Part shown: piece by piece, positions 25,895-38,453 of the stretch
Position numbering within the stretch: position 1 is the stretch's first letter
Layout of the letters: each line of letters opens with the position of its first letter
Source of the DNA: Octopus vulgaris
Taxonomy: Eukaryota
Assembly: GCA_951406725.2 (NCBI GenBank)
Contig: OX597821.1
Span: 59,396,001 to 59,460,000 of the forward strand
Direction of reading: 5' to 3'
Length of the DNA stretch: 64,000 nucleotides
The notes under the pieces: model-generated
Told to the model about the DNA's origin: nothing
Database searches by the model: none
Seen by the model: only the letters and a program-made list of their open reading frames with translations
Position numbers and translations under genes: made by a program

Positions 25895-26288
25895 TTTACT
25901 CTTTTACTTGTTTCAGTTATTTGACTATGGTCATGCTGAAGCACCACCTTTAGTTGAGCAAATCGACCCCAGGACTTATTCTTTGTAAGCCTAGTACTTA
26001 TTCTATTGGTCTCTTTTGCCGAACTGCTAAGCTATGGGGATGTACACACACCAGCATTGGTTATCAGGTGATGTTGGGGGGGGGACACATACACAGATAC
26101 ACACACACATACATACACACGTATGATGGGCTTCTTTACAGTTTCCGTCTACCAAATCCACTCACAAGGATTTGGTTGGCCCGAGGCTATAGTAGAAGAG
26201 ACTTGCCCAAGGTGCCATGCAGTGGGACTGAACCCAGAACCATGTGGTTGGTAAGCAAGCTACTTACCACACACCCACTCTTGCGCCT
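25895..26288 (-). mobile_element. SINE family A copy
   Basis: Reverse complement of the family A sequence from head to tail. Confidence 0.85.
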
Positions 26289-26337
<49 letters not shown>

Positions 26338-26593
26338 GTATATGGATAGTAATATATATATATATACATACATATGGATAATAAGAAACTCTAGGGAGAG
26401 CTGAACAGCAAAAGGTCTGAGAAACCTCTGTTTCCCCCACAAGTGTTTTGGCCCTTAACACCTTGCACTCTAAGGGGACAGGGTCACATCCAGGTCATGA
26501 TTCCTGAACACCTGCTGCTGCCACCTTCTGTGTTACTGTCTGCATTGCAATCCTTTTGGATGGTTAAGATACCCCAGAGCTAATGCGTCTTGA

Positions 26594-26650
<57 letters not shown>

Positions 26651-26710
26651 AACACACACATACTAGAGTACCCAAGTAATCAGTAATGACTTCAAATATG
26701 CTTATCTTCA

Positions 26711-26939
26711 TTAGCCCTTTTGATACCAACCCCGCCTGAAACCACCTCTAGCTCTGTCGTATGAATGTCTTGTTTTCATAAGTTTTGAATTAAAATCTTC
26801 CATCAAACCTTAGTCACAATTTATGTTCCTAACACCAGCTTAATGATAACTAAGTTATTTTACTAAATTCTTTGTTATTTAAAATTAATTCAAAGAAACT
26901 CAGAGCATCTCAACAGAAATATGGTAACAAAAGGGTTAA
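26711..26939. mobile_element. Second TTAA-type (piggyBac-like) MITE family
   Basis: ttag|cccttttgatacca ... tggtaacaaaaggg|ttaa inverted ends. Confidence 0.65.
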
Positions 26940-27155
26940 AATATATTGATGCTAATAATGCATACACATTCTCAAAGACATGTATAAAAAAGAAAAATAT
27001 TCATGATTGCTCAGTATGTATACATAAAAACATGTATACATGCATCAATATACACACACATGTATACAACCATACCCACACAGGCATATATATATATATA
27101 TATTTACACCCACTCCACACACATATACATACACCCACTTCTGCTGCTCACATAT

Positions 27156-27624
27156 ACTCTTTTACTTGTTTCAGTCATTTGACTGTGGCCATGCTAGAGC
27201 ACTGCCTTTAGTCGAGCAAATCGACCCCAGGACTTATTCTTTGTAAGCCTGTTACTTATTCTATCGGTCTCTTTTGCTGAACCTCTAAGTTGCAGGGACA
27301 TAAACACACCACCATTGGTTGTCAAACGATGTTGGGGGGACAAACACAGACACACAAATATATATATATAGATGATGATGATGTTGATATATATATATAT
27401 ATATCATCATCATCATCATCATCATCGTTTATATATATATATATATATATACATATGTACGATGGGCTTCTTTCAGTTTCTGTCTACCAAATCCACTCAC
27501 AAGGCTTTGGTTGGCCCAAGGCTATAGCAGAAGACACTTACCCAAGGTGCCATGCAGTGAGACTGAACCCAGAATCATGTGGTTGGTAAGCAAGCTACTT
27601 ACCACACAGCCACTCCTGTGCCTA
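27156..27624 (-). mobile_element. SINE family A copy
   Basis: Reverse complement of family A with an internal microsatellite palindrome. Confidence 0.85.
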
Positions 27625-30203
27625 TAAATCACAGTGCTCAACAGGTTCTTGTTTTATTTACCTCAAAAGAGTTTGAATTCATGACATAAAGAACTGGAAA
27701 CAGTGCCACCAAGTATTGTGTTTTTGATGTGCTGTCAGCTTGCACTTTGATACTAATAATAATAGTTTTAAATTCTGCCACAAGGGCAGCATCTTTGGTG
27801 GAGGGGATGAGTCAATCACATTGACCCCAGTTTTCAACTGGTACTTATTTTACTGACCCTGAAAAGATGCAAGGCAAAGTCGACCTTGGCAGAATTTGAA
27901 CTCAGAATGTAGTGACAGGCGAAATACTGCTAAGCATGATGCCCAGTGCGCTAACGATTCTACCAGCTCACCACCTTATAATAGTGGTTTCAAATTTAAT
28001 AATACATACATATATACATACAACCACACTAATAAAAATTGTAACACACTACTGACTCTACAATTAGTGTGGTTTGAAAATAAAACTGTGTTTAACAGCA
28101 GGTGTCACAGACAAATTCTATCTCTGCCTATGTCTGAGGAACCATGTTACATTGCCATTTGGGATTTGTAGTGACAGCAGATTAAAAATCCCTTGACCAT
28201 GCGTTTACTATATTAACCACAATACCACAGGTGTGTCTTTGTCAAATGTTAGACTAGAAAATTAAACTACATGTGAAACAAAATCATACATGGTATTATT
28301 AAAGGCTAAAAACATCAGTTCAAATACAAATAATTCCTTTTGGAACGGAGAAACTCATAGCAGATAAAGCTATAAATAACAGCATGTAAATATTGGGTTA
28401 AAAAACACACTGATGCAAAAAAATCAATGGCTGCCTGTGGGACCTGAACCAATATTTTCTGATTTGCTGATATTTGCTGGTAAGAATAACAGATAGTGAA
28501 ACTCAAAAGATTGCTTTGGTCCAATGGCTGAATGTCTTATGTTTACAGATGACATAGGTTTGGATCCCAGGGACAGCGTTTGATTTTTTCTATCCAAAAG
28601 GTTTTTTATTTGACAAAATATTAATGTGTTATTATTTATAGCTTTATCTGCTTCAGGTTTCACCATTCCCCATCCAAAAAATCCAAAAAACTTCATGTTC
28701 TCTCAAAGTTTATGAATTCTTATGATGCCAACAACAAATACTAAATCTAATTATTTTTTGGTTTTATTAAACAAGAAAAATCCATACAACATGACAGAAA
28801 TATGGACTTGGTTACCTCATCTTAATGTTGTGGTACACACTAGCTATAAACAGAGAGAGAAAGGAGATAACTACTAAAAAAAAAAAAAGACAAACTAACA
28901 GACATGATAAACAAAGCAGGAGAATATTGTATAAGACATGGGTGACATTGAATTATGATGCATCAGACAAGGAAAGGAATGAGGTGGAAGATAACATGGA
29001 TTTAACTATGTAACAGCAAAATCATATACAATGGGTTTCTACAATGCTCATCTACTAAATTCACTTACAAGGAATTGGTCACTTACAAAGAATTGGGTTG
29101 TAGTAGAAGACACTTGCTTAAGGTGCCAGTCAGTGAGACTGAACTTGGAGCCACATGGTTGTAAAGTGAGCCTCTTACCTACACAGCCATGTCTTCGTTA
29201 AACAGAGGATGCTGTTTGAGAGTTAAGTATCATGGCCAAAAGTAAAGAGGTGCATGGCTTAGTGGTTAGGGCATGCAGTTGACGGTCATAAGGTTGTGAG
29301 TTTGATTCCTGACAGTGTGATGTGTTTTTGAGCAAGACACTATTTCACGCAGTTCTTGTCCACTTAGCTAGTAAAAATGAGTTGTACCTGTAATTCAAAG
29401 GACTAGCTTTGTCACATCCTGTGTTACACTGGATCTCCCTCAGAACTACGTTTAGGTTACATGTGCCTGTGGGGTGCTTGGCTACTTGTATGCTAATTTG
29501 ATGAGCAGGCTGTCTCACTGACTGGTTCAACTGGAACCCATGTCATTGGAACTGATGGAGTGCCAGTTTTATTGTGGCCAAAGACATATTGGCAGTGTCC
29601 AATAATGAGATGTGAAGCATTCAAACCAAAAGTTTTTGAAGTGGATCAAATGTCCTCAAAACATCTCACATGCTGTGATATAGATAGCTACAGTCTTGGA
29701 GATGAGTTTAATATGTTATGAAAGACCAGAGAAATACCGTAATAAATGAAAAAAAGAAAATTGAAAATACAGAAAGGAAAAGAAACTGATGCTGGTATCA
29801 TTATATCAAGTAATAAAAGTACATTTTACAAAGCAATGACCAACTCAATACTATCACCAATAAAGTGTTATCAACCAGAAAAGAACAACAAACATAAGTG
29901 AAAATGTCCTGTAGTAAGTCTCCTTAGCAAGAATATTGTTTTTACATTTTTTAACTGTCCAGAAAAGGAAGAGAAAGAATCAAGAATCCAATATCAAAGC
30001 AAAATGTGATAATTCATAAGCAAAGACAGAAGCAATTTTTGAAGAAATATTCAAGGTAGATATTCATGTAAATCTGATAATAAAATTTGTTTATTATTTT
30101 TCTAGTTTACCTCACTTTTTCCATGCTATCACTGATGGCATAGCATTTAAGCTTTTATTGTAGCAAATAATTTTTTCAGCTAAATCACTTTTCTCACGTT
30201 TAA

Positions 30204-30415
30204 CCCTTAGCATTTAAACCAGGCCCAAATATTCTACTCATTTTCTGTTCAAACTGACTAGATATAGTCTCTCATACCTAACCCACACAATGTTTTTCTG
30301 AAAATAAATGATCACACCATCAAAACCTTGAAGCTATGAAATAATACTGGATTGATTCAAAACAACATGAATCAACAAGCATTAGATTCAACAGAATTAT
30401 TTCAACGTTAAAGGG
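30204..30415. mobile_element. TTAA-flanked piggyBac-like MITE; related copies near 2585-2705, 12130-12412 and 12890-13390
   Basis: ttaa|cccttagcattt ... aacgttaaaggg|ttaa, with internal sequence shared by the other copies. Confidence 0.7.
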
Positions 30416-31903
30416 TTAAACACTTCACTATGAAGTAGAAGGGGAATTACCACCAGTCAAGTAAACAGATGCAAGCAGAGTTATGCAACTTATTCAAGGT
30501 ACACCACTGAATGTTGCAAAATATGAATGCATATTTATAATAAATGCAACAACTTTATGTTGTGAAGTGTATTTGCCACCTAAATGTGATGATGCTAGTG
30601 TTGTTTATAGCCCCAGGAAGATATCTCCTCCAGCTGGCTAATAACATACTGTCTGATTTCGATTAGTATTTGCGAAGGGAAATCATTGTTCCCATCTCTA
30701 GCCTTACATGATACACACTGACCCGGGTTTCTGGGTAGTAAGCCATCATCAGAGTGTGATAATCACCAGCAAGTGATAAGAACTCATTCCAAATGCAAAA
30801 TACTACATGCTTTTTCCAGTGACAAACTGTCGCTGATCTCAAAAAAGGAGAAACATGCAATATTAAATCTCTGGGTAAACTTTTGTGTTGCAGCAATGTG
30901 AATCACTGAATGACTGTATCAAAATCAGTGGCAATGAGGCCTACAAATCAAACAAGTGCACATAGACACACCATGAACACAGACAGACATGCATATGAAT
31001 TTAAGAGCAATGTTCTTGAAGCCTCTTTTAAATTCATTTTATTTTGAGTGGTAGTGTTTTATCATTGGGCTGCAGCCATGATGGGGCACAACCTTAAAGG
31101 GTTTCATCAAATCAACCCCAGTATTTTTTTTTTTAGTTTTAAATTCTGTAACTTATTTTATTGATTTCTTTTGCTGAACTGCCAAGTTAAAGGGATGTAA
31201 ACAAACTAACACCGGTTGTCAAGAAGTGGGAGCTCAAATTCAAAGACACACATTTATACAATAAGCTTCCACACAGTTTCCATCAATCAAATTCACTCAC
31301 AAGTCATTGGTTGACCAAGCTATAATAGAAGGTACTTAACCAAGGTACTGTGAAGTGGGATTGAACCTGAAACCACATGGTTACAAAGCTAGCTTCTTAA
31401 CCATACGGCCATGCTTGCATCAAATTAGATTTTAATCAACACATCTACTGCCATAACAGTTTCAGAGAAATAAGAAGAAAGTTTTGTGAGGTTTGACCAA
31501 TCTGGTACGAATTTAATGTAAGAAGACATTATTTTGGACGATAAAATAGTTTTGAAACCTGTAAAATACTAAAGTACCAACCTGTGATATTGTAAAATTA
31601 AATTGTTTTGTTTGATCCAGGTGATATAAGAAGGCAAACTGATACATGTAGCTTAAGTAGCACAATTAACCAAAAGCACATGAAGCAGAAATGAAAGGCA
31701 ACTGTTTAGCAAGATTAAAAATGTGAAAATATCAAAAGGCAGAAAGGAAGACCTTCAAGCAAGTGAAATCATTTTTCAAAATTTTTATAATTAAACAATT
31801 AACAAGAATATTTCCTTGTTATATGGGCAAAAAGCAGAAAGAAAAGTTAGCCGGAATTGGAAATATGTCTCCCATTCTAGGAAGTGTAAAACTGTAAACT
31901 CAC

Positions 31904-31990
31904 TCTCCCATGTCTTTGTTCCCATGTTTAGGCTTTAGTAGAAGTTTTCTATCTTTTGCTTTCTTTCGTTCTATGTCCCAAAGTCTTTTT
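31904..31990 (-). CDS. Candidate alternative cassette exon of the TRAK/Milton gene (KRLWDIERKKAKDRKLLLKPKHGNKDMG)
   Basis: Acceptor cttgttttctgtcacag|, consensus donor |gtgagt, 87 nt, symmetric phase 2, open in the needed frame, purine-rich. No recognised homology. Confidence 0.55.
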
Positions 31991-34019
31991 CTGTGACAGA
32001 AAACAAGAACCGTGCCAAATCTCAGATAAAATCTTCCTTTCCAATAACTAAACTAAGAAAAAACTTATCGGTATGCTGTGTGTGTGTGTGTGTGTATATT
32101 TCTGATTTATTTTCAAAATGTTTCGTGGAAGACAACTTGAGCCAAATTTCTATTATTTTCTTTATAAAGGATGAAATGAAAAGACAATTATCCAATCAAA
32201 TTCTCTGTTAACATTTGTGACGAGTTGAGGATTTCACTTGATTTCTGTAACATTGATAATGCATGACAAGAAACATGCAATTAAGACTGTGCAAACCTTT
32301 AATTCTAAATTAATTAAAATCGTTAACAGTAATATAACTTATTAACTCTTGTTTAGAAGATATATCAAAATTAATAACTGACATTTTAAATGTTGTTAAC
32401 CAGCAATTGCAAATACAAAAAGCAGAAAAATAAAATATCTCACAGTATTAAATATGTTAAAAAAATGATGAATCTTTAGATGATACATTCAGAAGCTGAG
32501 ACTAACACAAATGATAGACTCTCCTGACATAGATGATACATGAAGGTCCTGCAATTCTTTGCTGAACATCCAGCACCAATGATTTGTTTAAAGTGATGAA
32601 ATGTTTTTGTTGTACTTTAGCTCACTCTCTCCCATTAAATTGACACTGCCTGTGTAGGGGGCTCATGTTTCACTGTACAGGTGCACAGGTGTCAGAGCAG
32701 AGCAAAGTGAAACAAAGAGTTCTGCTCAAGAGCACGACACATTGCCTTATCCAGGAATCAAAACAATGATTTGGCGATCATGAGTGCAAAATCCTAACCA
32801 CCAGGCCATGCTCCTTCACAAATATATATTCCTAGTAATGAATTTATGAATGAAAGTTAAAGCAGCGAGGGGAGTGAACTGTTAGAGAGTTAAATGAAAT
32901 AAGTAACAAAGTTGTGTCATGAAAATGATTGGTTACCGACTTAGTACTAGTTATTGCTATCAATAAATATATGAACACCATTTAGTACATACAGCCACAT
33001 TGCCAATAATGAAGACAACAATGGAAAGCTTGCGAAGAGACAATGAAGATGTTGACAACAGTACAAACGAGTATTTGATGATTTACCAGAATGAATTAGT
33101 GGAGTGATGATTGTGATGGATGATTGACCTGATGGCTGAAATGATTTGATGGACAATATGATACAATATACACATGGTGTAATTCCAAAAGAGGTAAAGA
33201 CAATAAAATAAAATAAATGAATTACAGATGAGCACTTGAATATATGAATTCAGTTAAAATTTTATCAACATCAATGTTGGAGCTCTTTCTAAGAAATCTT
33301 TTTCTTTAGGGGTTTCTAGAATGTCTACCATGTGTTTCTTAGTTTTGGAATAAGCACACTGCAATGACAAAGACTGGGAATAGGGACTGCATTTGGCTGA
33401 AAACTATCCAACCCATGCTGACATACAAAATTGGACACAAAGTGGCAAAGATATTTGAATGACATATCAGAATGTACAAAAGAAAGAATGTCAAAACAGT
33501 TATTTTTGGTGGGATGATCATCATTATCATCATTTAATGTCCATGCTCCATGCTGGCATGGGTGGGATGGTTTGACAGGATCTGATGGGCCCAAGGATAG
33601 CATCATGCACCAGTGTCTGCTTTGGCATGGTTTCTAAGGTTGGTGGCCATTCCTAACACCAGCGACATTTTTCATGCCACCAGAAATAGGGAGGATGTCA
33701 TTGCAGTGTGCAAGACTATGAAACCCAAAGGACAATTCTATGCAAGGAGTTGAGGAACAGAAAATGGGGCAAAATCCTAACCTTCAATGTTAACACAGAT
33801 CTCAAAAGGAGAGGGGCACAAGTATATTATGAAAGTAGCAGAATAAGCTCAATGCTGAGTTTAATTAGTGGATATTGTGAGGCAGGTGGAGGTGGGGGTA
33901 TAAGTAATTTTCCACTGGTAGAAGTGAGATGATAAGATGAATAGATCAACAGAAAAATGTTAAAACAAAAAAGGAAAAACAAACGTGTAAATGAAATACA
34001 AAACAACAAGTAAACTTAC

Positions 34020-34152
34020 ATAGAAGAATTATTATCTGACTGCTTCTCATCCAAATAGACTTGATCTGACGGGTGCATCACCATAGAGTCTGTGTAAGTG
34101 TAAATAGTGGAACTTTCAGCAAACCTCTTGCTGTGACACAACTGGTAATCGT
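34020..34152 (-). CDS. TRAK1: TRAK/Milton exon (DDYQLCHSKRFAESSTIYTYTDSMVMHPSDQVYLDEKQSDNNSS)
   Basis: catctgcag| and |gtaagt, 133 nt, phase 1 to 2. YTYTDSMVMHPSD resembles TRAK YTFTTCRILHPSD. Confidence 0.92.
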
Positions 34153-35269
34153 CTGCAGATGAATCATAAAAAAAGAAATATTTCATTTTAAACATCCTCA
34201 GCAGATTTGATAGATTGAAATTGAAAGAAATTCGTTGTATATATATATATATATATATTTTTGCCATGATAGATTGCTAGCCTCTACACATTCTTTATTT
34301 TCTCTCTTTGTTTCTTTCTGTGGAAGAGCGTAGACTCGAAACATTAAAGACTTTATCACTTCCCGAGCATTAAACTAATACATCTGTTTGTTGTCTACAC
34401 CACCTGTCTTCGTCTTTTGTTTTTTTGTGAATTCTCCCTATATATATGTGTGTGTGTGTACCTTGATCAATAGCATCATTTTCCTTTAATGGCAAAATAT
34501 GCACCTAATTCAATAAAATTATAAAGGTTACTCTGATTACTATGCATAATATGCCCCTGCTTTTCAATCTCAGTATTTAAGCTATGCATAGCACTGCAGT
34601 AGTACACATGCTGTGTACATTACTACAACACTGTTTTCTTTATGTGCTATAACGGCAGAAATATATCTGCCTTGAACTCAGCTGTGCACCTGTGTTTCAC
34701 TTATTTGTTTGTGTTTTACTATATAAAGGTCACCAACTGCCTACTCTGAGTAATCACTGATGGCACGTGCCTGGTGTACATACATACACACACATATGTA
34801 TCTGTTTTTCCATACAATGGCTAGATAGGTTTGTAATACAGTGAATAGCTACTTGTCTCTCAATTCTGCATCATCTCAATTGTGTAGCTCAACACTACAA
34901 TTTGATCTCACTTCCTATTCCTTTCCTTCCCAGTCTTCTTTTTTGTCAGATAACTCCCACTGAGAGCATTAAGTACATTTTTCATCCAACAGTTCTCATC
35001 CATTTGCATCACATATTAAACAGATGAAGGTTGAACATTATTTATCTTTCTAGGAAAAATGCTTCATTTTGATAATTAAAAAAAATATTTCTTAAAGGTA
35101 ATACACTCATTAAATAATGTAAGGCACATATCAGGTGTGAGTTATATTTGTTGGGGAAGGAGGTATAACAAGACGATGTGATCTCTACACATAACTGTCA
35201 AAGTAATTTTTCATAAATCTGTGTGAATAGTCTGACAATTTGGCTAGTTTTCAATATTTTATTATTAGG

Positions 35270-35455
35270 AGGCGTAGGAGTGGCTGTGTGGTAAGTAGCT
35301 AGCTAACGAACCACATGGTTCCGGATTCAGTCCCACTGTGTGGCACCTTGGGCAACTGTTTTCTACTATAGCTTCGGGCTGACCAAAGCTTTGTGAGTGG
35401 ATTTGGTAGACAGAAACTGAAAGAAGGTCATCGTATATATGTATGTATGTATGTA

Positions 35456-35507
<52 letters not shown>

Positions 35508-35728
35508 TGTGTATATGTTTGTGTGTCTGTGTTTGTCCCTGCCAACCGATGCTGGTGTGTTTACGTCCCAGTAACTTAGCGGTTCGGCAAAAGAGACCGA
35601 TAGAATAAGTACTAGGCTTACAAAGAATAAGTCCTGGGGTTGATTTGGTTGACTAAAGGCGGTGCTCCAGCATGGCCACAGTCAAATGACTGAAACAAGT
35701 AAAAGAGTAAAGAGTAAAAGAGAGAGTA
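35270..35728 (+). mobile_element. SINE family A, full-length copy with internal (TA)n
   Basis: Colinear and highly similar to 3905-4295. Confidence 0.85.
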
Positions 35729-36499
35729 ATAACTATTATGCTTAACAGCTTTATAATCATTTGACTCCCTAATCTATGGTGCTTGGTCCCCCATCAGTAA
35801 TAATATGGTAGCATTAGATTCAGGACAATTTTTCGATACATTTGAATATAAGTGACCTATGTGCCAGCAAACACAGTGCATACATATGCAAATATATTAG
35901 GATTATCATGCTTCAGAAGAAACTTATGGTTAATAAACCATAATTTTTTAATACACATTATTGTTACTACAACAATATTAAAAAAAAATTCGCCTTTAGT
36001 ATATTTACAATATTTACATTTATACTATTTTTTGGTGAGTTTGATCTCTAATCATCATCAATCAGATGTATTTTTCCTGAATAAATGTACAGAATCTTAT
36101 GTTGGATTCAAATTAGGAGCCTATATTTTTGAAGGAAGAGTAATAATGTCCTTATCTGGTAACAACCATCACTCATTAATTTTCAAACATTGTTGTTATA
36201 TTTCTAAGTGTGTGTGTGTGTGTGGGGGTGGGTGGGTGGATATGATGTACTGTAACTGATGGTATATAAAATGCTCCTTTTCCCCCACCAAAAATGTCAC
36301 AAAATAAATCACCCCAGGCCCTATATGCAAAGTTAGGCCTATATCATATGCTTTAATGCACTAAAAACTTTAGTTCCTTAAATATGTGCCGCTGAAACTG
36401 GGATGTATCTAATATGCCCAAGCATCTTTTACAACAACAGATGTCATAAAAATTTTTTAAAATATAAATGAAATAAAGAAACAATAACAAGATACTGAC

Positions 36500-36646
36500 C
36501 ATCTTCTTCATAATCACTTAAGTTATATACTTCTTCTTCCAGATCCAACTTGCGCTCCCCTTTAATTTGCACCCCTGGCCTTGACTCAAATATACCAGTC
36601 ATATGTGGTTGGGCTAACTGCTGCCAGTGCTTCAGTGTTACCGATC
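36500..36646 (-). CDS. TRAK1: TRAK/Milton exon ([48 protein letters not shown])
   Basis: tttattgcag| and |gtcagt, 147 nt, phase 1 to 1. Matches TRAK [25 protein letters not shown]. Absent from the ORF track. Confidence 0.95.
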
Positions 36647-38313
36647 CTGCAATAAATCAAATCAAATATAACTTCCACACAACTGAAAATCAATACTTGG
36701 GCTTCACCTTTATTATACTTCAGCTTCTCAACACTTCACACACTGCAATCTCTTAAGTACCTTTCCTCAACTAAGTTGAGGGGACTTTTTCCTGTTCTTT
36801 TCCTATCTTGCAAGTTACTTGGTGACCTCATTACAGCATGTAGCATGAAAAAAAGTACCAGGTACACACTGAAAGGGGTTGGTGTTCAGAAGGGCTCCAG
36901 TTGTAGAAACTATGCCAAAGCTTGCTGCAGTCTTGTGGCTTGCTGGATCCTGTTAAACCGTCCAACCCATGTCAACATGGAAAACAGATTTTAGATGATA
37001 ATAATGATGATTTCATCGTTCCATAATTTAGATGCCTGTAACAAACTGTTACTAGGGTCTAAATTGTATTAGCAGTGAAGCAATTAATATTCATCTCACT
37101 GCACTCTGCTACTATCAAACCATTTAACTGCACAGTAGGTGGAGTATCTTTATCTTCCTTTATCATTAGAACAAATTAGAGTTATGTCCCTTGCTCAAGG
37201 GCATACTTACAAGATTGCGGTTTGATTTGAACCTACCACTAGGACTTCAGTTGCCCATCTCACAGACATTGCAATTCATACCATACTTCATGTTATCAAT
37301 ACCAACAGTTCAGAAATTGAATTACATATTTTTCTAAGTCTGAAAGGACCACCATTTTCCCTATTAGTGCACAACACATCTTATTTTTGTCACTTAGTCG
37401 AAGGACATTCAATGCGCATGAATCTCTGTCATTTATTACATAGTTTTGTTACTGTCCTTGCTTACTTGTTTTAGAAATTTTTCCCATTCTCTTCATAGCT
37501 CATCCTTTCTACTGTTTGGTCTAGAGACCTTTACTTCCTTGCTATTTGTACTTGTCTTTTTTTTTTCTGTTTGTGTTTGGCTATTATGCACAGTCATTTA
37601 TAAACCAGCAGCTTACATTGTTGATACAACCCAATTGAGCAATATTATCAGAGTCAAAACTGTGAAGATGTTTGGCTGATAACTGATGAGGGGTTTAGCA
37701 TCTCCAAATCCATTGAGTGAGTTTTTCCATGTGTTCCTTTGTTGTTCCCCTGTGCCACATTTTGTTTTTATACATAAATTCATGTAATGAACATCAAGAG
37801 AGGTAATGTTTGACATGAAAACTATATGGTGTTCGATGCAGAGCTGTAAGGGCTGAAAACACTTGTGCATCTCTATTAATTAGCAGTGTGTTTGGTTATA
37901 GCTAAGTTTAGAGTTAGTTTTCATTTATATCAGTTCCAATAACAGACCAATTTCAACTTTCTATAAGCTTACTATATTTCCATCCACTCTGATAATATCT
38001 GACAATTCTCAATAACTTTTAATGTTACAAGATTTACAGAATACCAACAATATGTGCACTGATCAATCAAAAAAAGAAAATAGCAGTAACACAATTACCA
38101 AATGAACATTGTCTTGAAAAAGGTAATTATAAATGGCAGTGCATAAGGAAGGCATCCAACAAAATTCATTTTACAATAGCTTTTAAGTGTTAATCACACC
38201 AGTCATATGATGTATAACAAATAAATGAGTATAAAGTGGATCAAAAAATGTGTATAAAAAATTAATTGGTATCAAACATCTAAACAGATTTCAAAGATTT
38301 ATTGTAACCTTAC

Positions 38314-38453
38314 CTTCCATTGGTTTGACAATTTGTAATTTTTCGGGTATCTTAAAATGCAAACCTGCACTCCCAGTGGCAGATAATGCAGATACTCCTG
38401 ATGACAACATACTCTCAGGCGTGCCAGAGAGCATGGGTGTGCTGAAGCCATCA
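38314..38453 (-). CDS. TRAK1: TRAK/Milton exon (DGFSTPMLSGTPESMLSSG...FKIPEKLQIVKPMEG), Milton region
   Basis: ttttatttatttcag| and |gtaagg, 140 nt, phase 2 to 1. Hallmark PEKLQIVKP(L/M)EG motif. Confidence 0.95.

Noticed and set aside
28424-28696. 90-aa minus-strand ORF in the last intron
   Set aside because: No suitable in-frame acceptor found, an upstream in-frame stop is present, and there is no recognisable homology.
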